From Thermodesulfobacteriota bacterium (lineage in GTDB: Bacteria > Desulfobacterota > Desulfarculia > Desulfarculales > Desulfarculaceae): a DNA stretch of 51,326 bases. Below the pieces are notes generated by a model, which ran no database searches, was not told the DNA's origin, and saw only the letters and a program-made list of their open reading frames with translations. Shown here piece after piece: positions 8,809 to 17,685 of the stretch; position 1 is the first letter of the stretch; each line of letters opens with the position of its first letter. A program made the translations under genes and the position numbers. Location: the NCBI GenBank assembly GCA_040751985.1, contig JBFMFU010000009.1:1-51326 (forward strand). The letters are read 5' to 3'.

Positions 8809-9738
8809 GTGATGGGCGATAAAGGCGCGCATCAGGATCTCATCCGCAGGCACCTAGACCTGCTTCAGCGGCTTGGCTGGTGGAGGGATGCCGAGCGTTT
8901 CTTGAGACATGAGGCCGCAGGCGTGTTAAGCGATGCAGAGATTCAGTCCAGGCTGCGTCTGGTTCATGAGAAATTAGAAATCTACGGGGGCTCTGGTGGT
9001 ACAGATGACGCTGGCGAGTCTTATATAGGGGAGGACGATGTAGTTTGTTTGAAGAAAGGTGGCATCTCGATCTCCTACCACCTGAAGGATCGCGACCTGC
9101 CAATTGAGCAGATTTATCGCTCCGTGCTGCGCACGGTTTCGACCCTGCGGGAGAAGCTGAGATACGACATTCCCAGGGTGGACATAGCCCTCCACGGGCC
9201 GCTTTCCGAAATACGGGTGGAACGTCCAAGGGCGCTATTGCCGCCACGTTCCTGGGTGGACGGCGCCTATGACGGCACCATCAGGATCAAGGCCGGGGGC
9301 GCATACGGGACGGAGCCGCAGCGCATAGAGGTTTTGGTGGCACACGAGTTGGTCCATCAGGCCCTGAAAGACATAAGCAGGGGAGGTTGCCCGCGCTGGC
9401 TGCACGAAGGCCTGGCCTTGTTGCTCTCTCAAGGACTCAACCGGGAATACAGCGATGTTTTGGCAGCGGCCAGACGCGAAGGCGGGCTGGTGCCACCGCC
9501 GGCTTTGGAGGGAGACGAGCTTTTCGACAGCTCGCACGAAACCGCTCGCCTGGCCTACGCCCAATCTTTTAGCATGGTCAAATGGCTGCAGGGCAAGCTG
9601 GGGTGGGATGGCTTGCGGAGTCTGGCCGAACGCAGCGGCCGCATGTCCCTCGAGCGGGCCCTGCACGATAACAGCTTGAACTATTTCCTGCTGGAGCGGG
9701 AGTGGCGAAGATGGATGAACGCATCCGATCAGATGTGA
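8809..9738 (+). CDS. putative MA-clan (gluzincin-like) zinc metallopeptidase
   Basis: HELVHQALKD followed about 18 aa later by WLHEGLA (HExxH + E). Divergent from the kinase-FGE gene across an AT-rich 287-bp promoter region. Confidence 0.55.
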   Translation: MMGDKGAHQDLIRRHLDLLQRLGWWRDAERFLRHEAAGVLSDAEIQSRLRLVHEKLEIYGGSGGTDDAGESYIGEDDVVCLKKGGISISYHLKDRDLPIEQIYRSVLRTVSTLREKLRYDIPRVDIALHGPLSEIRVERPRALLPPRSWVDGAYDGTIRIKAGGAYGTEPQRIEVLVAHELVHQALKDISRGGCPRWLHEGLALLLSQGLNREYSDVLAAARREGGLVPPPALEGDELFDSSHETARLAYAQSFSMVKWLQGKLGWDGLRSLAERSGRMSLERALHDNSLNYFLLEREWRRWMNASDQM

Positions 9739-11339
9739 TCACGCCTGACCAGCAGGACAAGGGAGACGCCGCCTCGGGCGATACGGACTTCAAGGTGCTT
9801 ACTCAGGCTGAAAGTCCTGGGGATGTGGAGCCAGATTCTCCGGAAGGCGATCCGGCCCGAGACGTTCCTTTCTGCCCGCATTGTCAGGGCGAACTCGAGG
9901 ACAGCGGTCACATCTGTCCCTCTTGCGATGCCTACCTGGGCCTCTGTTTGAGAGTGTTGGACAAGGTGCATGAGTTGGGCAGGTCTCATACTCTAGAGAT
10001 GGAGGTTCAGAATCGTTCTGCTAAGCTCTTGCACATCTCAGAAATGAGAGTGAGTTGCGACGGTTTTCGCGAAAAGGAAAGCGGGGTCCGCCCTCCTGGG
10101 AAACTACAACCAGGAGGCAAGAGGAAGGCCGAGGTACCCGTCGTCCCCGTTGACGGAGATGAGCTTTTAGCGAGATTTCAATTGGCAATCCGTGACGATA
10201 GCGGTCAGGCCGTGGCTGAAGGCGCGAGAAAGATTTTTGTAAGAAACGTTAGTTCCGAAAAAAAGGTGCGGATTGAAGTAGGGGGGGACCTTTCCGGGGC
10301 CGATCTAGGGGGTCTCATCAATTCTTGTCAGGAAGAAGGCGGCAATCAAGAGGTAGAGATCAAGATAGTTGGTGATGCCCGGGGAGTGGACATAAATCCA
10401 CTTGTTTTTGCTCCACGCAAAAACGTATCCCCCCCTCAGAAAAGACATCCGGAGTGGCTCAAACTCGATCATTGGATTGAAGTGCCCTTATATATCTATC
10501 AAGAGTTTCTTCAGTTGGATAAAGGGAAATCCACCCCAACTCAGTTAGAATGTCCTTCAGAACTCAAGAACCTATCTGATATAAAATCAGCTTGGTTGCG
10601 ACCACTCCAGCCCGAAAAAAACAGAAAGGTGTTTCGCCTATTTTTCAAACCAAAAATTTGCATGGGGCGGGGCGACCATCAGGATATACCATGCAAGGTA
10701 TTTAACCGAGCAGGTAATGTCCTAAAGAAACAGACCCAGTCAATCAGTTCAGAGCATCTGACCCTTTGGGCAGATAGCTTTCAAACAATACTCGAGGACC
10801 ACAGCACCAACGGCACTCTTGTAGGTGAAAAACGTGTCCAGGGGGAACGATGCGGTCTTTCTGCGGGCGATATGATTAGCCTTGCCGGTGTGCTAGCTTT
10901 CCGTTACCGCGAGTTTCGTGATTTATCTGAACTTTATTCCACACTCTATAAGAAGAATATTAAAACTACCTTGCAGCGCGCTAGTCATTTGCGGTTGTCT
11001 TTGGAAGGGCGCAAGTTCTTAGAATACCCCCTTTGTGCAATTCGTCTTAAACCGGTGGGCATCGGCAGAGATGTTTTTGAGTATTTCATCGTGCCTCGGC
11101 AACTCGATATAGGTAGCGGACATCAAAATGCCTTGAAAATAGACCATCCCAGCGTTTCCAATATGCACGCGCGACTCTTAGTGAGCGATCAAGGGGTGCG
11201 GTTGTTGGATCTCGAGTCTGATCATGGAACGTTTATCAATGGGCGTCGGCTTAATAATAACGAGGCCTGTCTACTTTCTGCCGGGTGTTTGATTCGTTTT
11301 GGAGAATTGGAAGTTGAGTTGGATTGTGATAGCTGTTAA
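9702..11339 (+). CDS. zinc-ribbon protein with two FHA (phosphothreonine-binding) domains
   Basis: CPHCQG...CPSCD ribbon. Two FHA signatures: GRGDHQDI...SSEHLTL...DHSTNGTLV and GSGHQNALKIDHPSVSNMHARL...SDHGTFINGRR. Start overlaps the 3' end of the peptidase gene. The 10.0-11.3 kb stretch is visibly lower in GC. Confidence 0.75.
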   Translation: MAKMDERIRSDVITPDQQDKGDAASGDTDFKVLTQAESPGDVEPDSPEGDPARDVPFCPHCQGELEDSGHICPSCDAYLGLCLRVLDKVHELGRSHTLEMEVQNRSAKLLHISEMRVSCDGFREKESGVRPPGKLQPGGKRKAEVPVVPVDGDELLARFQLAIRDDSGQAVAEGARKIFVRNVSSEKKVRIEVGGDLSGADLGGLINSCQEEGGNQEVEIKIVGDARGVDINPLVFAPRKNVSPPQKRHPEWLKLDHWIEVPLYIYQEFLQLDKGKSTPTQLECPSELKNLSDIKSAWLRPLQPEKNRKVFRLFFKPKICMGRGDHQDIPCKVFNRAGNVLKKQTQSISSEHLTLWADSFQTILEDHSTNGTLVGEKRVQGERCGLSAGDMISLAGVLAFRYREFRDLSELYSTLYKKNIKTTLQRASHLRLSLEGRKFLEYPLCAIRLKPVGIGRDVFEYFIVPRQLDIGSGHQNALKIDHPSVSNMHARLLVSDQGVRLLDLESDHGTFINGRRLNNNEACLLSAGCLIRFGELEVELDCDSC

Positions 11340-11496
11340 ATAAGGACATTTCGCGTGGCGGACTATTTACCTGCCCTTGACAAAGGTGCTGCAAAGCGCC
11401 TCCTTAGAGCTTAGAACAAATCTGGGTGAACATCTCTCTTGGTGGCCCACACTGCCAGGCTAATACCTTCACAGAACGAAAAAGTTCCTGTGAAGT

Positions 11497-11997
11497 TTAA
11501 CCATCCCAAACCAAATCCCTGCTTGTCCTCGCCTTTCCCCGCCTCGCCCAGCGAAACAGGGGTGGATTATCACGGTGAGGTGCGTCTTTCACCAGGCGAT
11601 AGCGAAATCTGCCTGCCTCCCGGATATACCCACGTCTACGCATCTCCCGCAGCCATTCGAGCGCACCCCTGCGATGCACTCCAGATACCAGGATTAAGTC
11701 TGCTGACGAGAACGCCCCCCGCAGAGTTAGCTGATGCGCTGCCCGCCAAAGGGTCCTATAAGCTTCCCTCTTGCGCTTGTCCGGCTTTTCTATCAGCCGG
11801 CAATGGCAATCAGGCAGCAAGAGAGCCTCCCCGCGCGCAACCAGATACTCCAGGGCCTGGTTTACCTGGCAGAGAGTGTGCCCGGCCCCGTCCACCAGAC
11901 ACGCATACAAATCCCCGACCGAGGCCACGCCGCCCGCCTCCTTCAACAAGGTCCTGATCATCACCGGCCTGCGTTGGCAGGCGATCCTGCCGGCCAT
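11497..11997 (-). CDS. hypothetical protein with two winged-helix-like segments, translationally coupled to the MuB-like gene
   Basis: ORF 11497-12075. An internal ATG at 11997 overlaps the stop of the upstream AAA+ gene. No recognisable catalytic motif. Confidence 0.4.
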   Translation of the reverse strand: MAGRIACQRRPVMIRTLLKEAGGVASVGDLYACLVDGAGHTLCQVNQALEYLVARGEALLLPDCHCRLIEKPDKRKREAYRTLWRAAHQLTLRGAFSSADLILVSGVHRRGALEWLREMRRRGYIREAGRFRYRLVKDAPHRDNPPLFRWARRGKARTSRDLVWDG

Positions 11998-12776
11998 CAC
12001 TTCACCATTTTGAGATTGGTCCCAGCCGCCCTCAGCCTGCTGCGAGATATCTCGGTTGTCACCTTGCGGGCCCATTCCAGACTTACCTTGGGGGAGCCCT
12101 CTGTCTTGGCCAAGACTTCCAGCCGGGCCAGGTGCACAATGGTCTGGCGGAGGTTGCCGTGGGTGGCCCGGCGGATATGCTCGGCAGACTGATCATCCAG
12201 GGTCAGCCCAGCCAACTCCGTCGCCAAGCTGACCACCTCCTTTATGCCCAGCGGGGTAAACTCTTCGCTCATGCGGACCCGGTCCCAGAATTGGGGAAAG
12301 CGGCTCAGGGCCTTGGCCAGGCCGTTCATGCCCACCAGCAGTACTGGAGCGCCAGAGGAGTCGTGCAGATCACGCACCGTGTCCAACAGGGGAGGCGTAT
12401 GAGGGGGCTGAGTGCCCTTGGCCAGGTAGTCGGCCTCATCTATGATCAGCAGCCCATTGCCCAGAGAAGACACGCCCAACCGCTCTGCCAAGGCCTCAGC
12501 CGCCCGGGCGAGGTTGTCGGCCGCACTGACCGTGGCCAGGCATCCCAGCCCTGCCAAGATGGCCTTGAGCATGGAGTTGGGAGTCCATACACGGGCCGCG
12601 GAGACGTACACGGCGCCGGTTCTGGCGGCCAAGTTGTCCACGGCTCGGGTCTTGCCTCGGCCAGCCGGACCATAGATCAGGCCCAGGCGGGGCTCTCCCA
12701 TGGAGGCATTGGTTATGGACTCCACCACCTCCCAAAGCCGGGCCACGTTTCTGGTCTGGACAAACTTGGCCTTCAT
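11997..12776 (-). CDS. MuB-like AAA+ ATPase (transposition target-DNA activator)
   Basis: Walker A GPAGRGKT, Walker B LLIIDEADYL. Start ATG at 12776 overlaps the stop of the transposase (ATGA coupling). Confidence 0.75.
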   Translation of the reverse strand: MKAKFVQTRNVARLWEVVESITNASMGEPRLGLIYGPAGRGKTRAVDNLAARTGAVYVSAARVWTPNSMLKAILAGLGCLATVSAADNLARAAEALAERLGVSSLGNGLLIIDEADYLAKGTQPPHTPPLLDTVRDLHDSSGAPVLLVGMNGLAKALSRFPQFWDRVRMSEEFTPLGIKEVVSLATELAGLTLDDQSAEHIRRATHGNLRQTIVHLARLEVLAKTEGSPKVSLEWARKVTTEISRSRLRAAGTNLKMVK

Positions 12777-14848
12777 GGGTCTGGGTCCTCCTCCCCATAG
12801 ACCACGCAATTGCGCAGGCCCAGGGCAAACTCCTCGAATTGCCGCCCACCCAGTTGCTCCCACATGGAGGTCTTTTGGAATTTCTCCAGGAAGGCCAAGT
12901 CTTCTTGGGAGTTGCTTAGGCCCTCCCGCTTCCTGACCAGTATCCACACTGCCCGCTCGGAAGGCTTCATGAAGATCGGGCGATGGTGAATATCGATTTC
13001 CTGACCCCAGGGGTCCAAAACTTTCTCACTGCCGTTCTCAAAGGATTCCGCTTCCCTTCTCTCGGCCTGGCCCAACATCTCCCGCCTGGCCTCGGCCGCC
13101 GCTCGCAGGGCCGGCAGGTCCAGGTTGGGGGGCGGCAAGGCCTCCAGGGGTTTGGTCTTGGCGGCCACCTCGTCCAGCCTGGCCCGTTCCAAATCGTCCA
13201 AGTCCAGGGCCTTGACCCGCTCAAGGGAGGCCTTGCGCTCCAGGCACCGGATGGACCACCAGCGCTTCTTGCGCTCCCTAATCTGTTTGGGCGTGAGATT
13301 CAGGCGATCCAGGTCTGTGGCTATGCAGATGAATGCACCACTCTGGTCGAATACGTAGAGAATGCCGGCGTCTTCGGGATCAGGCCGCACCCAAACCCGA
13401 CCCGAGGGCTCCAGGTATAAAAGCTCCTCGGCCGTGTAAAGCCCTCGGTTGTAATGAATGCGGCCTTGGGCCACGCTGCGCGGCTCGGCCGGCTTCAACA
13501 GCAGAAAGAGTTGATCCAGTGGGGCCACCCTTGGTCTCCATCCCTCATCAATGGCCTTCTCCCAGCGCTCCCGGGGAGTACAGCCGATGGTGGAGACTAC
13601 GTGGTTGCTCTCAAAGTCAAGCACCCACTTGTCCACCATCTCCTGCAACTCAGTCAGTGTGTATCTGGTCTCAATGACCTCCGGCCGCTTGGCCAGGCTG
13701 TTGCCCGTATACCCGGTCAAGGTGCGCAGCAGATCAGAGATCAAGTGGAAGACGATCTCCGCATGAGGCTTGAGCTCAGGGCTGTAGCCCGGTATCTGCG
13801 GGGCCTTGATGCCCAGGTCCATGAACAGGGCCTGCACCTGTTTGCTCTGGTAGTCCTTGCCCAGGTCCACGACGACTTCACGGGGTATGCCCATTTGCTT
13901 GAAGGCCTTGAAAAGGGTCTGGGCAATGGGGTCTCCTCCGCCCCTCTCCCACACCCCGAACACCGGCCGCCGGGTCCACACGTCTACCACTCCGATCAGG
14001 GTGCAGCGCCGGCCGTCTGCGGTCATAATGTCCGCCCGGGTGGAGTCCGCCTCCCAGCGCTGGTTGGGCTCGGTGAGGCCGGCGTCCGCTCTTCCCAGAG
14101 AGGGCTGATACCGTCGTTTGAAAAGAGAAGGGTGGTGCAATAACGCCAGGCGGGCCTGCTTGTCTTTGCTGATGCGGGGCACCAAGTTTCGGACCGTGCC
14201 CTGGGCTGGCAGCCTGCGGCCCTTGAATTTGTGGAGTATCAGCTTGTGTATTTTGGCGGCGGTGATCCCCGGCCGGCCCAGCAGGCAGGTCTCGATGAAT
14301 TCCTTGATGTCCTCCCCTATGGCATTACTGCGGTGCCTGCCCCGCCGGTCGACCAGGCCGACCACTCCCCTTTCTTGCAAGACCTTGCGCCAGCGGTAAA
14401 GGCTTCTCTTAGAAAGAGGGCCTAGTTTGACGCTGAGGCTTTCATCAACCAGGCCGCGGTTGAAGTCATCCAGCCAGCGCTTGAAATGCTCCTGCCGCTG
14501 GCCGTGCGGAGCCGGGCTCAGTTCCTTGGCCGCCTCGGCCAGCCTGACCGCCTTGGCCTTGGCCAGGGCCCGCTCCAGGGCGGGCCCTGGGACCCTGTGC
14601 AGCTCAGAGGCGCTTCCCCCTGACTCGCAGAGAAAGGGCACCAGGTCGCACAGGGTGAGTTTCTGGAGGCGGTGCTGCAGAAGCCGCTGCTGGACGTCCA
14701 CTGGCAGGGAAGGGACCTCGTAGTGCTTGACCTTGCCGCCCCGGCCGGGAAGCAGGTGCAGGCGCCAGCCCTTGGACTTCTTCTCAATGGACTGCCGGGA
14801 GACGCCCAGGGCCTGGGCCAGTTGGCTGTTGGTGACAAGTTGGTTCAT
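12773..14848 (-). CDS. MuA-like DDE transposase (rve integrase core) with N-terminal HTH
   Basis: N-terminal LAQALGVSRQSIEKK HTH; DDE core region WEADSTRADIMTADG...VVDLGKDYQS...; about 690 aa like MuA. Follows the ner homolog. Confidence 0.8.
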   Translation of the reverse strand: MNQLVTNSQLAQALGVSRQSIEKKSKGWRLHLLPGRGGKVKHYEVPSLPVDVQQRLLQHRLQKLTLCDLVPFLCESGGSASELHRVPGPALERALAKAKAVRLAEAAKELSPAPHGQRQEHFKRWLDDFNRGLVDESLSVKLGPLSKRSLYRWRKVLQERGVVGLVDRRGRHRSNAIGEDIKEFIETCLLGRPGITAAKIHKLILHKFKGRRLPAQGTVRNLVPRISKDKQARLALLHHPSLFKRRYQPSLGRADAGLTEPNQRWEADSTRADIMTADGRRCTLIGVVDVWTRRPVFGVWERGGGDPIAQTLFKAFKQMGIPREVVVDLGKDYQSKQVQALFMDLGIKAPQIPGYSPELKPHAEIVFHLISDLLRTLTGYTGNSLAKRPEVIETRYTLTELQEMVDKWVLDFESNHVVSTIGCTPRERWEKAIDEGWRPRVAPLDQLFLLLKPAEPRSVAQGRIHYNRGLYTAEELLYLEPSGRVWVRPDPEDAGILYVFDQSGAFICIATDLDRLNLTPKQIRERKKRWWSIRCLERKASLERVKALDLDDLERARLDEVAAKTKPLEALPPPNLDLPALRAAAEARREMLGQAERREAESFENGSEKVLDPWGQEIDIHHRPIFMKPSERAVWILVRKREGLSNSQEDLAFLEKFQKTSMWEQLGGRQFEEFALGLRNCVVYGEEDPDP

Positions 14849-14850
14849 CT

Positions 14851-15186
14851 TCAGGTGTACTCTCCGCTTTTCCCATTGCGGTTGGCAGGGCTAATGTGGT
14901 TTTTTAAATCAGAGGTGACGGGCTTTGGAGAGCGGCTCTTCGGTCGGTTGGATTTGCCCTGCTGGTCGTAGCGCTCCGGCCAGAGTTCTGCGGGGTGCAT
15001 ATCCAGCGCCGCCTCGATCACAGCCTCCATCCGGGGGTAGGGCTTGCGCAGGGCCAGGCCCACCGCGTGCCGGCTAACTCCGCGTTCCCGGCCCAGACTG
15101 GTCAAGGTGTGGCCACGGCGGCGGAGTTGGTATTTGATCCACAGGGGATCTATGGGGGAAGGGTTTTCTTTGGCTAAATTCTCCAT
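14851..15186 (-). CDS. ner: Ner/Nlp-family DNA-binding regulator (Mu Ner homolog)
   Basis: Aligns with Mu Ner: LRRRGHTLTSLGRERGVSRHAVGLAL...AALDMHPAELWPERY vs Mu LKKRGLSLAALSRQFGYAPTTLANAL...NALETKPEVIWPSRY. Confidence 0.8.
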   Translation of the reverse strand: MENLAKENPSPIDPLWIKYQLRRRGHTLTSLGRERGVSRHAVGLALRKPYPRMEAVIEAALDMHPAELWPERYDQQGKSNRPKSRSPKPVTSDLKNHISPANRNGKSGEYT

Positions 15187-15216
15187 GGGGACATATATAC
15201 GTCACTAAAGAGGACC

Positions 15217-15921
15217 ATGTCAACTAAAAAGGAAAATATAACGACAAGGAAGGAACATTCTGCTGAATTGCAGGGCTTTGCAGAGCGATTGCGCCTAATT
15301 TCAGAGGAATTTGGAGGCCCCTATCCCCTCGCAAAGAAGGCTGGATTTTCTCATGGAGCGATGTCGAAGTGGCTTACGGGTGAATCTGAGCCTGGTTTAT
15401 ATAAGGTGATCGCCATTGCAAAGACAGCTGGAGTGCGCTTTGAATGGTTGATAACTGGCCAAGGCAATATGCGAGAGGGAGAAAAGGCTCCTGGTGGGAA
15501 AGACGACTACGTTTTGGTGCCGCTCTACAACGCCAAGGTGGGTGCCGGGCCTGGCACCTTTGTTGAGGGCGAGCGGGAGGTCGTGAAGCTTGCCTTTTTA
15601 AAACAGTGGGTCAAGCAGAAGGGCCTGGCAATAAAGGATCTTGCCCTTGTCATCGTGTATGGCGAGTCGATGGAGCCTACTTTTTCCCACGGGGATGTGG
15701 CCCTGGTGGAGCTCGGCGATGGCGAGATGGTTCGCGACGGCCTTCACGTGCTGCGCATCAATGATCACCTTATGGTGAAGAGACTGCAGCTTCTGCCTGG
15801 CAACAGGATCCGCGTCACCAGCGACAATCCCAGGTACGAGCCCTTTGAAATTGATCTGTCCAAGGAAGGGGATCAAATAAAGGTAGTCGGTCGGGTGGTC
15901 TGGTTCGGCCGAGAGATCTGA
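15217..15921 (+). CDS. phage repressor, HTH (XRE) + S24 LexA-like autopeptidase domain
   Basis: N-terminal HTH. C-terminal S24 region with GESMEP (Ser nucleophile) and downstream MVKRL lysine. Divergent from ner, as in the Mu c/ner arrangement. Confidence 0.8.
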   Translation: MSTKKENITTRKEHSAELQGFAERLRLISEEFGGPYPLAKKAGFSHGAMSKWLTGESEPGLYKVIAIAKTAGVRFEWLITGQGNMREGEKAPGGKDDYVLVPLYNAKVGAGPGTFVEGEREVVKLAFLKQWVKQKGLAIKDLALVIVYGESMEPTFSHGDVALVELGDGEMVRDGLHVLRINDHLMVKRLQLLPGNRIRVTSDNPRYEPFEIDLSKEGDQIKVVGRVVWFGREI

Positions 15922-15952
15922 ACTTTTCCCTCAATAAATAGCGCCCCCAATT

Positions 15953-16066
15953 TTGGTTGCAGGTTAGCTGTTGCAGTTTGTCAAAGAAAACTGCCACAAG
16001 CTGTTAATATATTTAGATTTTACTTGGTTGCAGGTTCGGTTGCAGGTTAGCAGACAGTTTGACAAT
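15953..16066. repeat. cluster of direct repeats (GGTTGCAGGTTAGC/GGTTGCAGGTTCGG and CAGTTTGNCAA) in AT-rich non-coding DNA downstream of the repressor gene
   Basis: R1 15953-15986 TTGGTTGCAGGTTAGCTGTTGCAGTTTGTCAAAG. R2 16024-16066 TTGGTTGCAGGTTCGGTTGCAGGTTAGCAGACAGTTTGACAAT. Confidence 0.6.
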
Positions 16067-16479
16067 CGGCGAATCAATTACCTAAGGAGCAATTTGCGAA
16101 AAATATCCTTAATATTTAATAGTTACACGGATATTCCGAAATCCTAAATGGTGCCATTTATCCAAGCACAACTCCAAATTCCCCTGCACTGGTGGCACCA
16201 CACAAAATCGAATTTTATGTGGGATCCACCGGCTGAAATGAACACATAAGTGCCTCTTGTTCAGAAAAAATCCACATAAATTCAACATAAACACATACCA
16301 AGTTAAGTGATTTCAATAGGATGCCATTTAGAGAATGCGTTCAGGCCTGTCCGTGTAGGCCTGATTAGGGCGATTAATGTGAATCGGCCAGAAAAAATGA
16401 CCCGGTTTCATTTAGCAGTAGCCGGCGCCAAAAGCCGAACCGTTCTCAGCCAAGGGTCACTCCTGAAAAAGGAGGGGTT

Positions 16480-16508
16480 GGCCCACTGGCGCCAACCCCT
16501 TTCATCCT
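16480..16508. terminator. bidirectional Rho-independent terminator hairpin downstream of tRNA-Arg
   Basis: GGGGTTGGC-ccactggc-GCCAACCCC, a 9-bp stem flanked by AAAAAGGA on one side and TTTCATCC on the other. On the minus strand it is followed by CCTTTTT. Confidence 0.7.
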
Positions 16509-16509
16509 C

Positions 16510-16586
<77 letters not shown>

Positions 16587-16748
16587 ATGTTTTCGTTGGG
16601 GTTATCTACCACAGCCCTGATCGCTTGTCCACAGGACAGACAGGGCCCCAGGCGGCCCGGCCGGGAAAAAAGTGCCGCTATCCCTTGGCCGGGGATGCGC
16701 TATAATGGCCTAAAGAATGTCTCCCGATTCACGCTCAAGGAGTTAGCC

Positions 16749-17237
16749 ATGCAGGATTGTAAAGTGAATGTGAAGAAGGTCATCGCCGCTTTGGACCTGA
16801 GCGGCTATTCGGAGACCACCTTCGTCCACGCCCTGGACCAGGCCAAGAAGTACGGCGCCGAGTTGCTCATCGTCAACGTAATCAATGACCGGGGCCTGGA
16901 GGCCCTGGACAAGCTCTCGGTGGAAGGCTATGACGTGGTGGGCCGCGACGGCTTCATCCGCACCGTCACCGAGCAGCGCACCGAGGAGTTCAAGCGGGAC
17001 TACCTGTCGCGCACCGACGGCGTACCCACCCGGCTCATCTTCCGCGTGGGCACCCCCTACAATGAGCTGGTGGAGGTGATCAAGGAAGAGAAGGCGGACA
17101 TGATCGTCACCGGCACCAAGGGCCGCAGCAACCTGGCCGGCGTCTTGCTTGGCTCCACGGCCGAGAAGGTGTTCCGCCGCGCGCCCTGCCTGGTGCTATC
17201 GGTGCGCGGTCCGGAGCACTGCCGCCTGCCCGCCTAG
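16749..17237 (+). CDS. universal stress protein (UspA family)
   Basis: [22 protein letters not shown]..., C-terminal ATP-binding [29 protein letters not shown] 7 nt upstream of the ATG at 16749. The track ORF start at 16587 would overlap the tRNA. Confidence 0.8.
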   Translation: MQDCKVNVKKVIAALDLSGYSETTFVHALDQAKKYGAELLIVNVINDRGLEALDKLSVEGYDVVGRDGFIRTVTEQRTEEFKRDYLSRTDGVPTRLIFRVGTPYNELVEVIKEEKADMIVTGTKGRSNLAGVLLGSTAEKVFRRAPCLVLSVRGPEHCRLPA

Positions 17238-17539
17238 GGCAGGTCGGTGACCTCGTCGATCTGACAGGCGCCGTCCGGACAGAACAGGCTGAGCCACAGG
17301 CCCCGGCCGGCCTGGTCGCGGGCGATCTTGAACACGGGCTTACCCGTTTCGCCCTCCACCAGGCAGGACTCGTCCGGACAGAAAACCTTCAGCCATAGAC
17401 CTTGGCTGTCCTTGACCCCCGGAGCTTGCGTGAGCTCCGGGGGCAGGGCGGCCAGTTCTTCTGGGCTGAGGCAGCGGGCCTCGGGGCAGAACACGTTCAA
17501 CCAGGCGCCCTTGACCTCGGGACGCTTTTCCTGGGACAT
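17234..17539 (-). CDS. small protein with three tandem WLxxFCPxxxC repeats (6 Cys)
   Basis: [14 protein letters not shown] / [14 protein letters not shown] / [15 protein letters not shown], spaced about 33 aa apart. Immediately downstream of dsrP, convergent with uspA. Confidence 0.55.
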   Translation of the reverse strand: MSQEKRPEVKGAWLNVFCPEARCLSPEELAALPPELTQAPGVKDSQGLWLKVFCPDESCLVEGETGKPVFKIARDQAGRGLWLSLFCPDGACQIDEVTDLP

Positions 17540-17685
17540 AGCTACCTCCAGATGCGGGGTTCCCGCCCCCTACGGGGCGCTTGCCTTTAATGATAAGACA
17601 TAACCCAGCGCCGAGCTAGGCGGAGGCCAAAAAACACCGGCCCCCGCGGGGGGCCGGTGCGCTTGCCAGATGCCGGGGATGGCGG

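Noticed and set aside
16587-17237. Track ORF starting at 16587 and extending the UspA gene over the tRNA-Arg gene
   Set aside because: The N-terminal 54 codons overlap the tRNA on the opposite strand and lack an RBS. An AAGGAG-preceded ATG at 16749 gives a canonical UspA N-terminus.
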